NCBI GenBank assembly: GCA_008632985.1
Contig: QPGO01000051.1
Coordinates: forward strand, 124,001 to 188,000
DNA length: 64,000 bases
Direction: 5' to 3'
From: Psammoneis japonica
Taxonomy: Eukaryota
Shown here: positions 62,762 to 64,000 of the stretch, piece by piece
How the letters are laid out: each line of letters begins with the position of its first letter
Numbering within the stretch: the stretch's first letter is position 1
Position numbers and translations under genes: made by a program
The notes under the pieces: model-generated
The model's database searches: none
Told to the model about the DNA's origin: nothing
The model's input: the letters and a program-made list of their open reading frames with translations, nothing else

Positions 62762-63596
62762 CTAAGCATCCGCATCATCGGCAATGGCATTGAGATGAAC
62801 TTCAATCTCATCTTGATTCAACACGGTAAATCCTTTGGAAGACGAAGCCGCAACAGTGGCAACTTGCAGTTCATTGCCACGAAAGTCACTTCCCAAGACA
62901 CTTCCCAAACAGGTAATGGCGGTTCGAATCACTTGATTTTCATCATAGTCCTTCAATTCGTCCACTCGCTTTTCCAAAAAGTTGACCGCTTCTTGTTCCT
63001 TGGGACCCGACGCGGCAGCAAAGAACGGCAAGACATGTCCCGCACAATCCACCTTGCACACTTGTGGTTTGCCATCCGTCAAGCCCACCACGAGTGCAAT
63101 ACACGCCAGTGGCCTCATACTGGCCGATTGCGTATTGACTTGGGCCAAATCCGCCATGCGCTTGGCCAACACAGCCACGGGCATTTCATAGCCATTGTCA
63201 AACGCAAAATTGGCCGCTTCGTATCGTGCTCGTTGAACCCAGGCTTGTCCATCCGCAAAGTTGTTTCCCGTCACACAGACACCGACGCGTTTGCTCAATG
63301 CGTGCAAGTGCTTTACAGAAGAAGGTTCTTGAAGACGATCGGGAACCTTTTTCTGTGTTACAACCACCACCGAATCCTTACCGCGGACCGCCACGCCTGT
63401 CAAACCGGAATTGGCAGCCTTTAGGGCGTATTCCATTTGATAGAGACGGCCTTGAGGAGAAAAGATGGAAATGTGGTGATCATAGTTGCTGTGTGTGTGT
63501 TGAATAGGGTGGGTGGGTGGGTGAGGTATGCTATCAGCATGTAATTATAACAACAGCAAAAACAACAACAACAAACACTTACGAATCGCGACTCAT
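62762..63596 (-). CDS. PSMA6: 20S proteasome subunit alpha type-6 (alpha1); intron 63489-63582
   Basis: Spliced N-terminus MSRDS|NYDHHISIFSPQGRLYQMEYALKA; VAVRGKDSVVVVTQKKVPD; RARYEAANF; KEQEAVNFLEK. Confidence 0.95.
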
Positions 63597-64000
63597 GATT
63601 GATACTATACTGGAACAATAAGGATATCAGATAGATTAGAGAGTAGTGGGTATTGTAGTAATGTGTTTGCTTGGACGACGAGAACAGCAGCAACAACAAC
63701 AACACACAACAGCGACGGCAGCTTTGTCAATGACAGCGTCGTGGATTTTTGTTCGGCTGAGATCGATCGGATTCGATGCGCTTTGAATAAAGAAAATCTT
63801 GAATTATTCATATTTAATAATAACATTTGAAATTTGTTATTAGCTTATTCTTTTTCGTTTTCGTATTGCAGCAGATCCTATTCGTCCGAAAGAACCCGGA
63901 TCTATTACAGCCACCCGCCACCAATAAATAAATAATTGATTCGTGCTCACGACCACCGGCGCATCCACAAAATTTCTCCACAACGCATAAAATGCGAAGC

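Overview
Eukaryotic, gene-dense DNA, most likely from a pennate diatom. This is inferred from the 79-94 bp GT-AG introns, an SAAF-type plastid-targeting motif and diatom-typical BTB, ankyrin-like, MYND and FG-GAP families. About 22 protein-coding loci are recognisable, several broken by frameshifts or nonsense codons. There are two inverted copies of a ~1.1 kb PIF/Harbinger-like MITE (CAG TSD) and one Kolobok-like 0.4 kb element (TTAA TSD). The standout signal is three sharply bounded domains (~7.3-14.6, ~33.4-37.5 and ~42.4-48.6 kb) that have lost almost every TpA and are rich in TpG/CpA. The two MITE copies differ at about 25 sites, nearly all TpA versus TpG/CpA, and gene relics inside the domains have Cys/His where Tyr would be expected. 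This points to a regional, TpA-specific A:T->G:C hypermutation process, the reverse of fungal RIP. Other notable items are a putative FG-GAP beta-propeller/TM/TIR receptor, a membrane-anchored GH67 lacking catalytic base residues and a histone H1-FKBP fusion. All calls are by eye; no searches were run and counts are approximate.
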